From contig NIVC01001735.1 in the NCBI GenBank assembly GCA_002269645.1, positions 62,001 through 126,000 of the forward strand: a stretch of 64,000 nt of DNA, in the 5' to 3' direction. This DNA is from Macrostomum lignano. Its lineage: Eukaryota. This document shows, piece by piece, positions 23,321-34,669 of this stretch. Every line of letters begins with the position of its first letter. Position 1 is the stretch's first letter. A model generated the notes under the pieces. It was given only the letters and a program-made list of their open reading frames with translations. It ran no database searches and was not told where the DNA came from. The translations under genes were made by a program, and so were the position numbers.

Positions 23321-25834
23321 ATGCGACTTCCTCAGTACCACAATCAGCAATTGTTGCAGCAACAACTGCAGCAGCAGCAACACCAACACAGTTGGCGCAC
23401 CCGCCGATTAATGATCTGTCTAGGCGCCTGCATCCTGCTGCTGTCCTATCCTCACCTGGTCTACAGACTCAGTCTCACTCGCCTGTGCTCAGCCTCCTGC
23501 TTAGCCAGCCGCCTGTACGCCCAGTTCCAGCACCCCGGCCTGCAGCAACGGTTGGATTGTCGCCGACCAGCCGACTCGGACCGGCTGCTGGACGGTTTCG
23601 GCCTTCAGCCAGCTGACCTGCTGGATCTGACCAGGCCGGCCTACATCTGGCTGGCTGACCCCGGCATCAGGCCGGCCATTGACCTTGCTGGCGTTGCCTG
23701 TCTGCAGACCGAGGCCACGCCAACAGAAAAAGACCGCGGTGGCCGGCCGGTGGCTCGGGACTCGTGCTTTAACATGTCCTACTCCATGGAGGATAAGATG
23801 AAGGTCTGGGCAAATTTTTTTAGGCCTTCTAAAAGATCGTCCTTAATTTCATCGCTCATCATCAAGTCAATGAAGACCGGATAGAGTTTTTAGCAAACAC
23901 TCAAATCCGTGCTGATATCCTTTGTTAGCCTCAGTCAGATGCTTGAATCTTCATGCTGACATCCCAATTGTCAGCCTCAGTCAGATGCTTGAATCTTCAT
24001 GCTGACATCCCAATTGTCAGCCTCGGTCAGATGCTTGAATCTTCATGCTGACATCCCAATTGTTAGCCTCAGTCAGATGCTTGAATCTTCATGCTGACAT
24101 CCCTTGTGAGCCTCAGTCAGATGCTTGAATCTTCATGCTGACATCCCAATTGTCAGCCTCAGTCAGATGCTTGAATCTTCATGCTGACATCCCAATTGTC
24201 AGCCTCAGTCAGATGCTTGAATCTTCATGCTGACATCCCAATTGTCAGCCTCAGTCAGATGCTTGAATCTTCATGCTGACATCCCAATTGTTAGCCTCAG
24301 TCAGATGCTTGAATCTTCATGCTGACATCCCAATTGTCAGCCTCAGTCAGATGCTTGAATCTTCATGCTGACATCCCAATTGTTAGCCTCAGTCAGATGC
24401 TTGAATCTTCATGCTGACATCCCAATTGTCAGCCTCAGTCAGATGCTTGAATCTTCATGCTGACATCCCAATTGTCAGCCTCAGTCAGATGCGCGACGCA
24501 GAGTTGGGCTGGGTGAGGAGGGATTGTGAAGAGCGGAGGGCGAAGATTGGATGGATTGAAGCTTCCGCCCGGTTTTGTTTGCTTTTTTTCAAGCATTTTT
24601 TAATATCACAATGGTTGGCCAGGTGATAGACGCATGGTCGAAAGACACTGCTCACTGGGCACAGGGAGGCGAATTTTCAATGTTGCTGAGTATAAAGTAA
24701 TACTCGCTAAATAGCTACTTATTTCCCTGACAATGCGAACAAGGTGTACTCAGCGCTGCACCAGCTGGAGCGGAACTTCACCCGGCGCGGCCTGGAGATT
24801 TTCCTATCGGACGGCAGCCTGCTGGGCTCGCGCCGTCACTTCGGCATCATCCCGTGGGACGACGACATCGATTTTATGGTGCTGCGCGAGCAGAAGTTTG
24901 AACTGCGCCAGCTCCTTATTGAGCTGTCCCACGAGGATCAGTTCAGATTCGACGATGTTGAGAGCGTCACCGGGCATTGGCGGCTGAGTCTGCTGTGTGA
25001 GGTGTGCAGTATCATTGACCGTCCTATTCTAGTATAGATAAGTAGCTAGTTCTGTTCTAGTATAGATCCGTAGCTAGTCCTGTTCTAGTATAGATCAGTA
25101 GCTAGTCCTGTTCTAGTATAGATCAGTAGCTAGTCCTGTTCTATAGTATGGACCAGTAGCTAGTCCTGTTCTAGTATGGACCAGTAGCTAGTCCTGTTCT
25201 AGTATGGACCAGTAGCTAGTCCTGTTCTAGTATAGATCAGTAGCTAGTCCTGTTCTAGTATGGACCAGTAGCTAGTCCTGTTCGAGACAAACTGAACAAC
25301 AATTAAGAAGTCAGCCGCAATAAAAACATAGACTCGTACTGATCTGCCTACTGACAGTAGAAATAGCAGTTCGATTCTGCAAACCGCAACCCAGGCGGAC
25401 CGCAGCAAACCGGCGCAGCCTCGGTACGGCATGAGCCGTCGATTCCCAGTCAAGTGGTGCAAAATCGCAGCCGACCTGTTCTTCGCCGAGATCTACGGCG
25501 ACGAGTGCTCAGAGTGGAGATGCCCTACCGCCTCAGCAAGCGGGATATTTATCCCATTCAAATGCTGCCGTTCGGTCCAGGCCTGATGCGGGCCCCGGCT
25601 AATCCGCAGGGATTACTGGAGGCCGAGTACGGCCGGGACTTCGAGTTCAGCTGCTTCTTTGAGCCGCACTCGGCTGATCTTCGGTGCGAGGAGAAATTTC
25701 TGCCCTGCGAAAAGCTTAGCAGGATTTATCCTTTTGTGCGGCACGTTGTGCTTCAGAAAAGTGGACGGAGCTTCTTTGCCGATGTTCTGGTGTGGCGGGG
25801 CAAAGCTGTGGCCATCTTCCTGCCGGCTCAGTGA
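23321..25834 (+). CDS. LicD/fukutin-related type II membrane phosphotransferase, paralogue 1; exons 23321-23803, 24744-25001, 25395-25834, with a 1-nt frameshift near 25505
   Basis: N-terminal TM segment; LSDGSLLGSRRHFGIIPWDDDIDF LicD motif; DLFF; YPIQMLPFGP..APANP..LLEAEYG; colinear with paralogue 2. Confidence 0.82.
23925..24491. repeat. 46-bp minisatellite (cagcctcagtcagatgcttgaatcttcatgctgacatcccaattgt)n in LicD-1 intron 1
   Basis: About 12 units. Confidence 0.95.
25025..25283. repeat. 28-bp minisatellite (ctagtcctgttctagtatagatcagtag)n in LicD-1 intron 2
   Basis: About 9 units. Confidence 0.93.
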
Positions 25835-26695
25835 CTGCTGCACTGCCTGAGGGTCAGTCAGGATGGTGATGGCTCAGTGACTGCTGCACTGCCTGAGGGT
25901 CAGTCAGGATGGTGATGGCTCAGTGACTGCTGCACTGCCTGAGGGTCAGTCAGGATGGTGATGGCTCAGTGGCTGCTGCACTGCCTGAGGGTCAGTCAGG
26001 ATGGTGATGGCTCAGTGACTGCTGCACTGCCTGAGGGTCAGTCAGGATGGTGATGGCTCAGTGACTGCTGCACTGACTGAGGGTCAGTCAGGATGGTGAT
26101 GGCTCAGTGACTGCTGCACTGCCTGAGGGTCAGTCAGGATGGTGATGGCTCAGTGACTGCTGCACTGACTGAGGGTCAGTCAGGATGGTGATGGCTCAGT
26201 GACTGCTGCACTGCCTGAGGGTCAGTCAGGATGGTGATGGCTCAGTGACTGCTGCACTGCCTGAGGGTCAGTCAGGATGGTGATGGCTCAGTGACTGCTG
26301 CACTGACTGAGGGTCAGTCAGGATGGTGATGGCTCAGTGACTGCTGCACTGCCTGAGGGTCAGTCAGGATGGTGATGGCTCAGTGACTGCTGCACTGACT
26401 GAGGGTCAGTCAGGATGGTGATGGCTCAGTGACTGCTGCACTGACTGAGGGTCAGTCAGGATGGTGATGGCTCAGTGACTGCTGCACTGCCTGAGGGTCA
26501 GTCAGGATGGTGATGGCTCAGTGACTGCTGCACTGACTGAGGGTCAGTCAGGATGGTGATGGCTCAGTGACTGCTGCACTGCCTGAGGGTCAGTCAGGAT
26601 GGTGATGGCTCAGTGACTGCTGCACTGCCTGAGGGTCAGTCAGGATGGTGATGGCTCAGTGGCTGCTGCACTGACTGAGGGTCAGTCAGGATTTC
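25825..26695. repeat. 46-bp minisatellite (ggctcagtgactgctgcactgcctgagggtcagtcaggatggtgat)n whose first unit contains the LicD-1 stop codon
   Basis: About 19 near-identical units. Confidence 0.96.
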
Positions 26696-27167
26696 TGATG
26701 CGTTTTCGTTTTCAATATCTCGTAAAATTTCTGACTTCCTTGCTGTCTGCATTCAATGCTATTCAGTATTTTATCCAGTAGTTTATCCAGGTTTCTAAGA
26801 AAACCCTGTTTCTAAAATTTCAACCCAATTTGCTAAATTCTGTACGCCAATTAAAAGTTTATGCTGATACAATTCAGTAATTTATACATCCAACACAAGT
26901 TAAATGTGCGAAAGCGATAAAATATTCTCAGTTTCACTTGAATCAAAGTATTTTTTAATTCTGCGTAGTTACGGACCTGCTAATTTGATTGATCAGCCGA
27001 ATATTGTTGATTTTGTACGGAGTTAGTATTCAAGAGTATTCAAGGAATATAGTGCATGTGCAATACAACATTACTACTGTATGCTATGCAGGGCCTGCGC
27101 AGCATCTGGTAACATTGAATGGACTGCTAAAACATACGAGTTTAGATTATTACTTATTCCTATAGAC

Positions 27168-27530
27168 TGCTGATGGCTTCAGGCTCTCACTGCCTCACTG
27201 CTGATGGCTTCAGGCTCTCACTGCCTCACTGCTGATGGCTTCAGGCTCTCACTGCCTCACTGCTGATGGCTTCAGGCTCTCACTGCCTCACTGCTGATGG
27301 CTTCAGGCTCTCACTGCCTCACTGCTGATGGCTTCAGGCTCTCACTGCCTCACTGCTGATGGCTTCAGGCTCTCACTGCCTCACTGCTGATGGCTTCAGG
27401 CTCTCACTGCCTCACTGCTGATGGCTTCAGGCTCTCACTGCCTCACTGCTGATGGCTTCAGGCTCTCACTGCCTCACTGCTGATGGCTTCAGGCTCTCAC
27501 TGCCTCACTGCTGATGGCTTCAGGCTCTCG
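27168..27530. repeat. 31-bp minisatellite (ctgctgatggcttcaggctctcactgcctca)n
   Basis: About 11.5 units. Confidence 0.95.
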
Positions 27531-28066
27531 CTGAAACGCTGCATTTGATGCAAAAAACCAAGTCAGTCCCGAAGCTCCGCTTCCCCAATCCGCACAGTCT
27601 GCAAAGTTGAAAGAAAAGTCAGTGGGGGAACGAAGCATTCCTGCATGGTCCAGGCGGCCGAATTCCCTTCCACTGCAAAGCGAAGGAAGAACCCCAGCCG
27701 AGGATGCTGGAAACTGGTCCCCCAACCTCCTCCTCTCAATCCCGAACTTGCACACTAGCCTGTACAGCTTGCACAGTCTGCTGTACGCTTGGCACTCGAA
27801 TCGCAAAACTGGAGGAGGGTGGCGATGCTTCCTGTGACTGCAACAGGCTGCACGCAAACTGGCCCTGCTGAATGGCTCTACTGACATGTTTAGGAATGTA
27901 GCCATCTGATCTGAAACCGTTTCGTATTTGTTGACGCGAGGGTTTAAGAGAGAGAGAGAGAGTGTGCGAACAGAAATGCCCGAGATTTGTGGTTCGACAT
28001 TTTGAGCCTGCAAGCCACAGCCTTCCAGAGACTACAAGTGAGCCAGCAGTTTAAAATCTGTAAAAT

Positions 28067-28890
28067 CTATAGATTAGCAATCCATTCTATTCCTGTAAGC
28101 ACAGGCTATAGATTAGCAATCCATTCTATTCCTGTAAGCACAGGCTATAGATTAAAAATCCATTCTATTCCTGTAAGCACAGGCTATAGATTAGCAATCC
28201 ATTCTATTCCTGTAAGCACAGGCTATAGATTAGTAATCCATTCTATTCCTGTAAGCACAGGCTATAGATTAGTAATCCATTCTATTCCTGTAAGCACAGG
28301 CTATAGATTAGTAATCCATTCTATTCCTGTAAGCGCAGGCTATAGATTAGTAATCCATTCTATTCCTGTAAGCACAGGCTATAGATTAGTAATCCATTCT
28401 ATTCCTGTAAGCGCAGGCTATAGATTAGCAATCCATTCTATTCCTGTAAGCACAGGCTATAGATTAGTAATCCATTCTATTCCTGTAAGCGCAGGCTATA
28501 GATTAGCAATCCATTCTATTCCTGTAAGCACAGGCTATAGACTAGTAATCCATTCTATTCCTGTAAGCGCAGGCTATAGATTAGTAATCCATTCTATTCC
28601 TGTAAGCGCAGGCTATAGATTAGTAATCCATTTTATTCCTGTAAGCGCAGGCTATGGATTAGCAATCCATACTATTCCTGTAAGCACAGGCTATAGATTA
28701 GCAATCCATACTATTCCTGTAAGCACAGGCTATAGATTAGTAATCCATTTTATTCCTGTAAGCGCAGGCTATAGATTAGTAATCCATTCTATTCCTGTAA
28801 GCACAGGCTATGGATTAGCAATCCATACTATTCCTGTAAGCACAGGCTATAGATTAGTAATCCATTCTATTCCTGTAAGCGCAGGCTATA
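28067..28890. repeat. 39-bp minisatellite (ggctatagattagtaatccattctattcctgtaagcaca)n
   Basis: About 21 units. Confidence 0.96.
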
Positions 28891-29399
28891 GGTAGCAACC
28901 CAATCTATGAAAAGCAAAGGCCTACCAAACAAAGTAAACTTCATTTCAGATAGTAAATTTAGCAATGCGATACCTACTTGTGTGTTTACCCAAATTTCTC
29001 TCCATTAATATATAAGGGTTCAACTTCCCGCATGGCCTGGCACTGCTGAAGGCTGTTTCTGTAAACTCAGTGTAAGGTGAAACTGCCGCACTGTGTTAGT
29101 CGTAGTTGAATCACAACAAACTTTGGCACAATTTTGCGGCAACCAAAAGTCGTGGGGGAAACCACCACTTACTCGTGTGTTGTAACTCAGCGAGATTCAG
29201 TGCGGGCTGGATTGGCAGGCGGATAAGCGCGTGTTGGGGCTCGGGTACTGGACTGCACAGAGCTGGTTAAAGCGGGGGAGACGGCGGAGGAAGGAGGGCG
29301 GCGCCCTGGACGTGGGCACACAGTTTGAGGAGCTGGAGGGAAGGAATGGGTTAGGAGTGTACAGACACTCTTTGATGCCTGATGAGCAGAAAGACAAAG

Positions 29400-30915
29400 T
29401 AGATGGATTGATTGATAGATAGACAGACAGATAGATAGACAGATAAAATAGATAGACAAATAGACAAATAGACAGATAGACAGATAGACAGATAGACAGA
29501 TAGACAGATAGACAGATAGACAAATAGACAGATAGATAGACAGAAAGATAGATAGACAGATAGATAGATAGACAGATAGACAGATAGACAGATAGACAGA
29601 TAGACAGATAGACAGATAGATAGACAGAAAGATAGATAGACAGATAGACAGATAGACAGATAGACAAATAGACAAATAGACAGATAGACAGATAGACAGA
29701 TAGACAGATAGACAAATAGACAAATAGACAGATAGACAGATAGACAGATAGACAGATAGACAGACAGACAGATAGACAGATAGACAGATAGACAGATAGA
29801 CAAATAGACAAATAGACAGATAGACAGATAGACAGATAGACAGATAGACAAATAGACAGATAGACAGATAGACAGATAGACAGATAGACAGATAGACAGA
29901 TAGACAAATAGACAGATAGACAGATAGACAGATAGACAGATAGACAGATAGACAGATAGACAGATAGACAGATAGACAGATAGACAGATAGATAGACAGA
30001 AAGATAGATAGACAGATAGACAGATAGATAGACAGAAAGATAGATAGACAGATAGACAGATAGATAGACAGAAAGATAGATAGACAGATAGACAGATAGA
30101 TAGACAGATAGACAGATAGACAGATAGACAGATAGACAAATAGACAGATAGACAGATAGACAGATAGACAGATAGACAGATAGACAGATAGACAAATAGA
30201 CAGATAGACAGATAGACAGATAGACAGATAGACAGATAGACAGATAGACAGATAGACAGATAGACAGATAGACAGATAGACAGATAGACAGATAGACAAA
30301 TAGACAAATAGACAGATAGACAGATAGACAGATAGATAGACAGATAGATAGACAGATAGACAGATAGACAGATAGACAGATAGACAAATAGACAAATAGA
30401 CAGATAGACAGATAGACAGATAGACAGATAGACAGATAGACAGATAGACAGATAGACAGACAGATAGACAAATAGACAGATAGACAGATAGACAGATAGA
30501 CAAATAGACAAATAGACAGATAGACAGATAGACAGATAGACAGATAGACAGATAGACAAATAGACAAATAGACAGATAGACAGATAGACAGATAGATAGA
30601 CAGATAGATAGACAGATAGACAGATAGACAGACAGACAGATAGACAGATAGACAGCTAGACAGATAGACAGATAGACAGATAGACAGATAGACAGACAGA
30701 CAGATAGACAGATAGACAGCTAGACAGATAGACAGATAGACAGATAGATAGACAGATAGATAGACAGATAGACAGATAGACAGACAGACAGATAGACAGA
30801 TAGACAGATAGACAGATAGACAGATAGACAGATAGACAAATAGACAGATAGACAGATAGACAGATAGATAGACAGATAGATAGACAGATAGACAGATAGA
30901 CAGATAGACAGACAG
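29400..30915. repeat. 1.5-kb compound (GATA/GACA)n microsatellite, mainly the 8-bp unit gatagaca
   Basis: Seen directly. Confidence 0.98.
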
Positions 30916-31113
30916 ATTATATCTATAATAAGTTAGTCTACCTCCCAAACAACGCTAAACTCGCTGATTTTCGCCTTCGCCTTGTCACGTCTTTGACGAC
31001 TTTGCGAGTGGCTGTTGTGGCTTTTAGCCAAGCATGATAAGCCTGGATAGGCCATAGTGATGCATAGCATATCAGCCAAATTAGGAATAAGGAGAATATG
31101 CAGCAGATAGATA

Positions 31114-31343
31114 CACTGGTGGACATTGAAAAGTACCCATCCTGATCTACATAGTGAGCCATTTCTCTCCGATCGCTACTGCAAGTTACGCAATTGACAT
31201 ACTTATTACTGAATTACACACTAAAGGAATAATAGTGAATAATACGGTTTCCCGCGCGGGATGCCAGTTGCGTAACTTGCAGTTGCAATCGGAGAGAAAA
31301 GGCTCACTAGCTCAAGGTGGATACTTTTCAATGTCCACCAGTG
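31114..31343. mobile_element. Tc1/mariner-type MITE (~230 bp, ~85-bp imperfect inverted arms)
   Basis: TA|CACTGGTGGACATTGAAAAGTA at the left and its reverse complement at the right; inner arm pair agtgagccatttctctccgat..ctgcaagttacgcaa. Confidence 0.75.
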
Positions 31344-31424
31344 CAGCTAGCGAAGCCACAAATTGTAAGATGCATCAATCTGACATCGCATCGCACCTAC
31401 CATCGCACATTGCACAGCCAAGCC

Positions 31425-32480
31425 ATGCAATCCAGCTTGCCAAACCAGCCCCGCTTCCGATGTCTCTGCATCGCCGCGGCCGCCTGTGTGTCCTGCCTGG
31501 CCTACTGGCTGCTATTTGGTCCGGGATCAGCTTCGCTCAAGTTGATGTCGCAGTCTCGGCCAGCACGAATGTTCAACGACTGTCTAACCGACCTGCTTCT
31601 CGACTTCGACGCGGTCGTCGCTGGCGGCAGCAACGAGTCTGGCCTGAAGCTGCCAATCTACGCGACGCTGCCGAAAGGCCAGGCAAAGCCGATCAGCTGG
31701 CAGTGCCGGCGGGCCATGAATTTGCAGTCTGCACAGCAGGCAGGGCCGCCCGCTGGCTTTGTCAAACAGGAGCTGCTGACTGAAGCTGAGCGGGACAAGA
31801 TGTACAGCATCGCCTGGGAGCTGCACTCCAACTTCAGCCGGCTCGGCCTGGAACTGTTTCTGGCCGGCGGCAGCCTGCTTGGCTCCGTGCGGCATCTCGG
31901 CTTCATCCCGTGGGACGCTGACTTGGACCTGATGATTCTGGCTAGTCATAAGCCGGCCGTCCGGCAGCTGCTGATTGACATGTCCAGCTCGGACGAGTAC
32001 AGATTCGCGGACACGGAGAAGAGCAACGACCACTGGCAGCTGGGAGTGTTTTGCCGCCCCGTCAGAACCAAGCCGCCCAGTCAGATTTACAAAAACGGTC
32101 GGCTTTATCCAGAGAAAGAGTGCAAAACCATTGTGGACTTTTTCTTTGGCAGAGTTGAACAAAACCAGTACAAGCGGAGTGAGCAGCCCTACTCGTTTCC
32201 TAAGGACTTTGTCTATCCTCTGTCGCTTCGGCCGTTTGGCCCCCACCAGCTGCCAGTGCCGAACCAACCCGAGCGCTTCCTGGCTGCCGTCTATGGCAAC
32301 AACTACGAGTCCGAGTGCCTGTTTAAGTACTTTCAGTATAAAAAATTTACCTGCGCCTCACTAAACAATGTGTACCCGTTTGCTCAGCACTTGGAGCTGG
32401 TCCACCGGGGCACCATTGTACGCGTTGACCTCTTAGTGCAAAACTTAACTTCGCTGGCCATGTTCATTAAAAAGCAGTAG
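31425..32480 (+). CDS. LicD/fukutin-related type II membrane phosphotransferase, paralogue 2 (intronless)
   Basis: Uninterrupted ORF from the first in-frame ATG; TM segment CLCIAAAACVSCLAYWLLFG; LAGGSLLGSVRHLGFIPWDADLDL; VDFF; YPLSLRPFGP..PVPNQPERFLAAVYG. Confidence 0.9.
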   Translation: MQSSLPNQPRFRCLCIAAAACVSCLAYWLLFGPGSASLKLMSQSRPARMFNDCLTDLLLDFDAVVAGGSNESGLKLPIYATLPKGQAKPISWQCRRAMNLQSAQQAGPPAGFVKQELLTEAERDKMYSIAWELHSNFSRLGLELFLAGGSLLGSVRHLGFIPWDADLDLMILASHKPAVRQLLIDMSSSDEYRFADTEKSNDHWQLGVFCRPVRTKPPSQIYKNGRLYPEKECKTIVDFFFGRVEQNQYKRSEQPYSFPKDFVYPLSLRPFGPHQLPVPNQPERFLAAVYGNNYESECLFKYFQYKKFTCASLNNVYPFAQHLELVHRGTIVRVDLLVQNLTSLAMFIKKQ

Positions 32481-33350
32481 CAGTAAATGAGAATTGCTTG
32501 CAGGTAATGTAAGTGCTCTCTCCCAACACGTGTCCCAACTTCATTGTCGTAATTCTTTTTGAAAATTTGTATCAATTCCTGTCTGTTCTGCAATAACGAT
32601 CTGAGATATAGTCGCGAGCAGAACAGTTTTTTTGTTTATTTTTGCGCTCACAGACGTAGTTGGATTAAAATATACAAGCGGTCGATGAAACAGTTTGTTG
32701 TACTGTAGGAATTCTCATTGGCTACTGTAAGATATGAAAAGCTGCATGAGCTGTATGGGTATAGGATTAAGCTACCGATGACGCAGAGCAAGGTTCAGTC
32801 TAAGTGGGCTGCAGCACAAGCACCTAGTTCTCAAGAGTTTGGAAAATTAGAAAATATATAGACTCAACTTGAAGTCGCACTTTGCCCACCTTCGAAGTGT
32901 AAAAGTCCACGAGTCAAACAAGACGCAGTATTAGAGTCCTGAATGGTCCTCAGGAGATCCGTCCACTGGCAGACAATAATTCGCCACTGAGAGCTGATCA
33001 GAATCTACAGAAGCTATACGAACTGAAGCTGAGGGTGAACCAAGGTCATCGCCGCAGGCGGAGTGAACATCTGACCCAAAAGTCCCTCTTGTTTTTATCG
33101 AACCTGATATTAACTTTACACCAACCTATAGAAGAGTAGGGGTGCTGCAGGTTTACACAGACACATTTTCTTAATCTGCTTTAGGCTCGAAGCTTTAAGC
33201 AAAAGTACAGCAGGTCACACATGTCGGGTCAGACGTCGGTCAAGTAAGACACCGACTGCACACGTGAGTAAAGACTGGATCTCGTCAGCCACAGTTTTAG
33301 TCAGTCATCACGGGGGCAGTTCTCATGAAGCAATTGCCAGCTAGCCAGTC

Positions 33351-34265
33351 TCAACTGGGCTCCATCAGCGAGTCCGTCACCCGCAATAGCGGCCTACTGT
33401 TGGACTCTTCGGCCAGCCGACTGCCTTCGCCTTCGTGGCAGCAGCAGCAGCAGCAGCAGCAGCCGACGCCGCCGCCGCAGCCGTGTGGGCAGAGGTCGCC
33501 CCGGCGGAACTGCGCCGCCAGCAGGCCGGCCAGGGCCAGCGAGACCAGCAGCACCCCGGCCGAGGCGAAGCCGCCAGCCAGAGCGGCGCTGAAGGCGGGC
33601 TCGCCGGGCCTGCAGAGCGCGGCGCTGGCCAGGGCGAGCAGCAGGATGGCAGCGGCTGCGGCCGAAGTGCACTTCAGCCAGAATATCGCCTGCAGGAGGC
33701 GGCGCGGCTCTGAGCCAGACGGGAACAGGCGAAGGTGGCAGACGTCGCATTGACCGTCTCTGCTCGATTCGTAGTCGAACTTCTGGGATTTTGATTTGGG
33801 ATCGATTCGAGTTCAACTTGATTGCACGCTTGCGAGTGAGCTCAGTGTGTTTGAGTTGGCCTCGGCATGGCTTTGGTCTAATTCTATATAAGCCTGCAAC
33901 AAATTCTACTTTTAAGAGCTCTTTCCCATATGCTTAAAGCTGACGAGGTAAGATACTTCTAGCAATGTAGCCTAGCTTATAACTAACAGATCAGAGCAGC
34001 CCACCTGCAAGCACCGGTAGCAGATGTGCCGCATGGATCCAACGGAGCAGTTGCAGTGCAATTTTACCAGACTATTCAGCCGGCTGCTGCTACTCAGCAG
34101 GTCGGCTACAAACATGGCCAAGCTGCTCTCAATCTCGTCTCTGGATTGCAGGCAGATCCGGCAGGAACTGCAGCTGTCCGCGTCTTCACCAGAACCATCG
34201 TGTTTCAACATGCCGAGTCTTCCTGACAGTTTAGGTGGCTTTAGTCGGAGATAATGTCGCACCAT
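33351..34265 (-). CDS. MARCH-like RING-CH (RINGv) E3 ligase with two TM helices; exons ~34265-34005 and 33782-33351 (an upstream exon is possible through the acceptor at 34300)
   Basis: CRIC...CNCSVGSMRHICYRCLQ|KFDYESSRDGQCDVC, followed by two hydrophobic helices; phase-0 GT-AG intron 34004-33783. Confidence 0.78.
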
Positions 34266-34669
34266 AAACAGTTGGTAGTTGGCTAGAAATTCTGCCGGCT
34301 CTTGCAAAGAGAGACAGTAGTGAGTATTTAATAGCGAATATCAGACCATTTCCGGAGCACTGCTCACAGATTTCCCAGGCCAGTTTTGTGCGCGCAGTAC
34401 GCTATAGCTGTGCGCAAACTATAGGTTTAGTCGTCGCTTCTTTTGTTCTTTCACCGTTCTGTATGAATACGAGAGCAGACTCGAATTTATGTGAGACCAT
34501 CGGTTGGAATTTAAGCAGTGCGGTTGCTGCCGCTGCCTAGGGTTAGAGCTGCCTCGGCCAGTGTTAGAGAATGAGCTAGAGATTGTGTCATTTTTGCTTT
34601 CCTTTCGCAGTTTACCAGTAGATTTGTAGATTATACTATGTGATGTATTAAACTGTTAGACCTTTATTG

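Noticed and set aside
27607-27837. Cytochrome b561-like LYSLHS motif in a plus-strand ORF
   Set aside because: Only a 6-residue resemblance; no TM helices or flanking homology
23925-28890. Regular 28-46-bp repeats as CRISPR arrays
   Set aside because: Units are head-to-tail with no unique spacers, there are no cas genes, and the context is eukaryotic and spliced
27987-28895. 302-aa ORF (GYRLVIHSIPVST)n
   Set aside because: Read-through of a 39-bp minisatellite
29187-30948. 400-580-aa ORFs (SICLSVYL)n
   Set aside because: Translations of the GATA/GACA microsatellite
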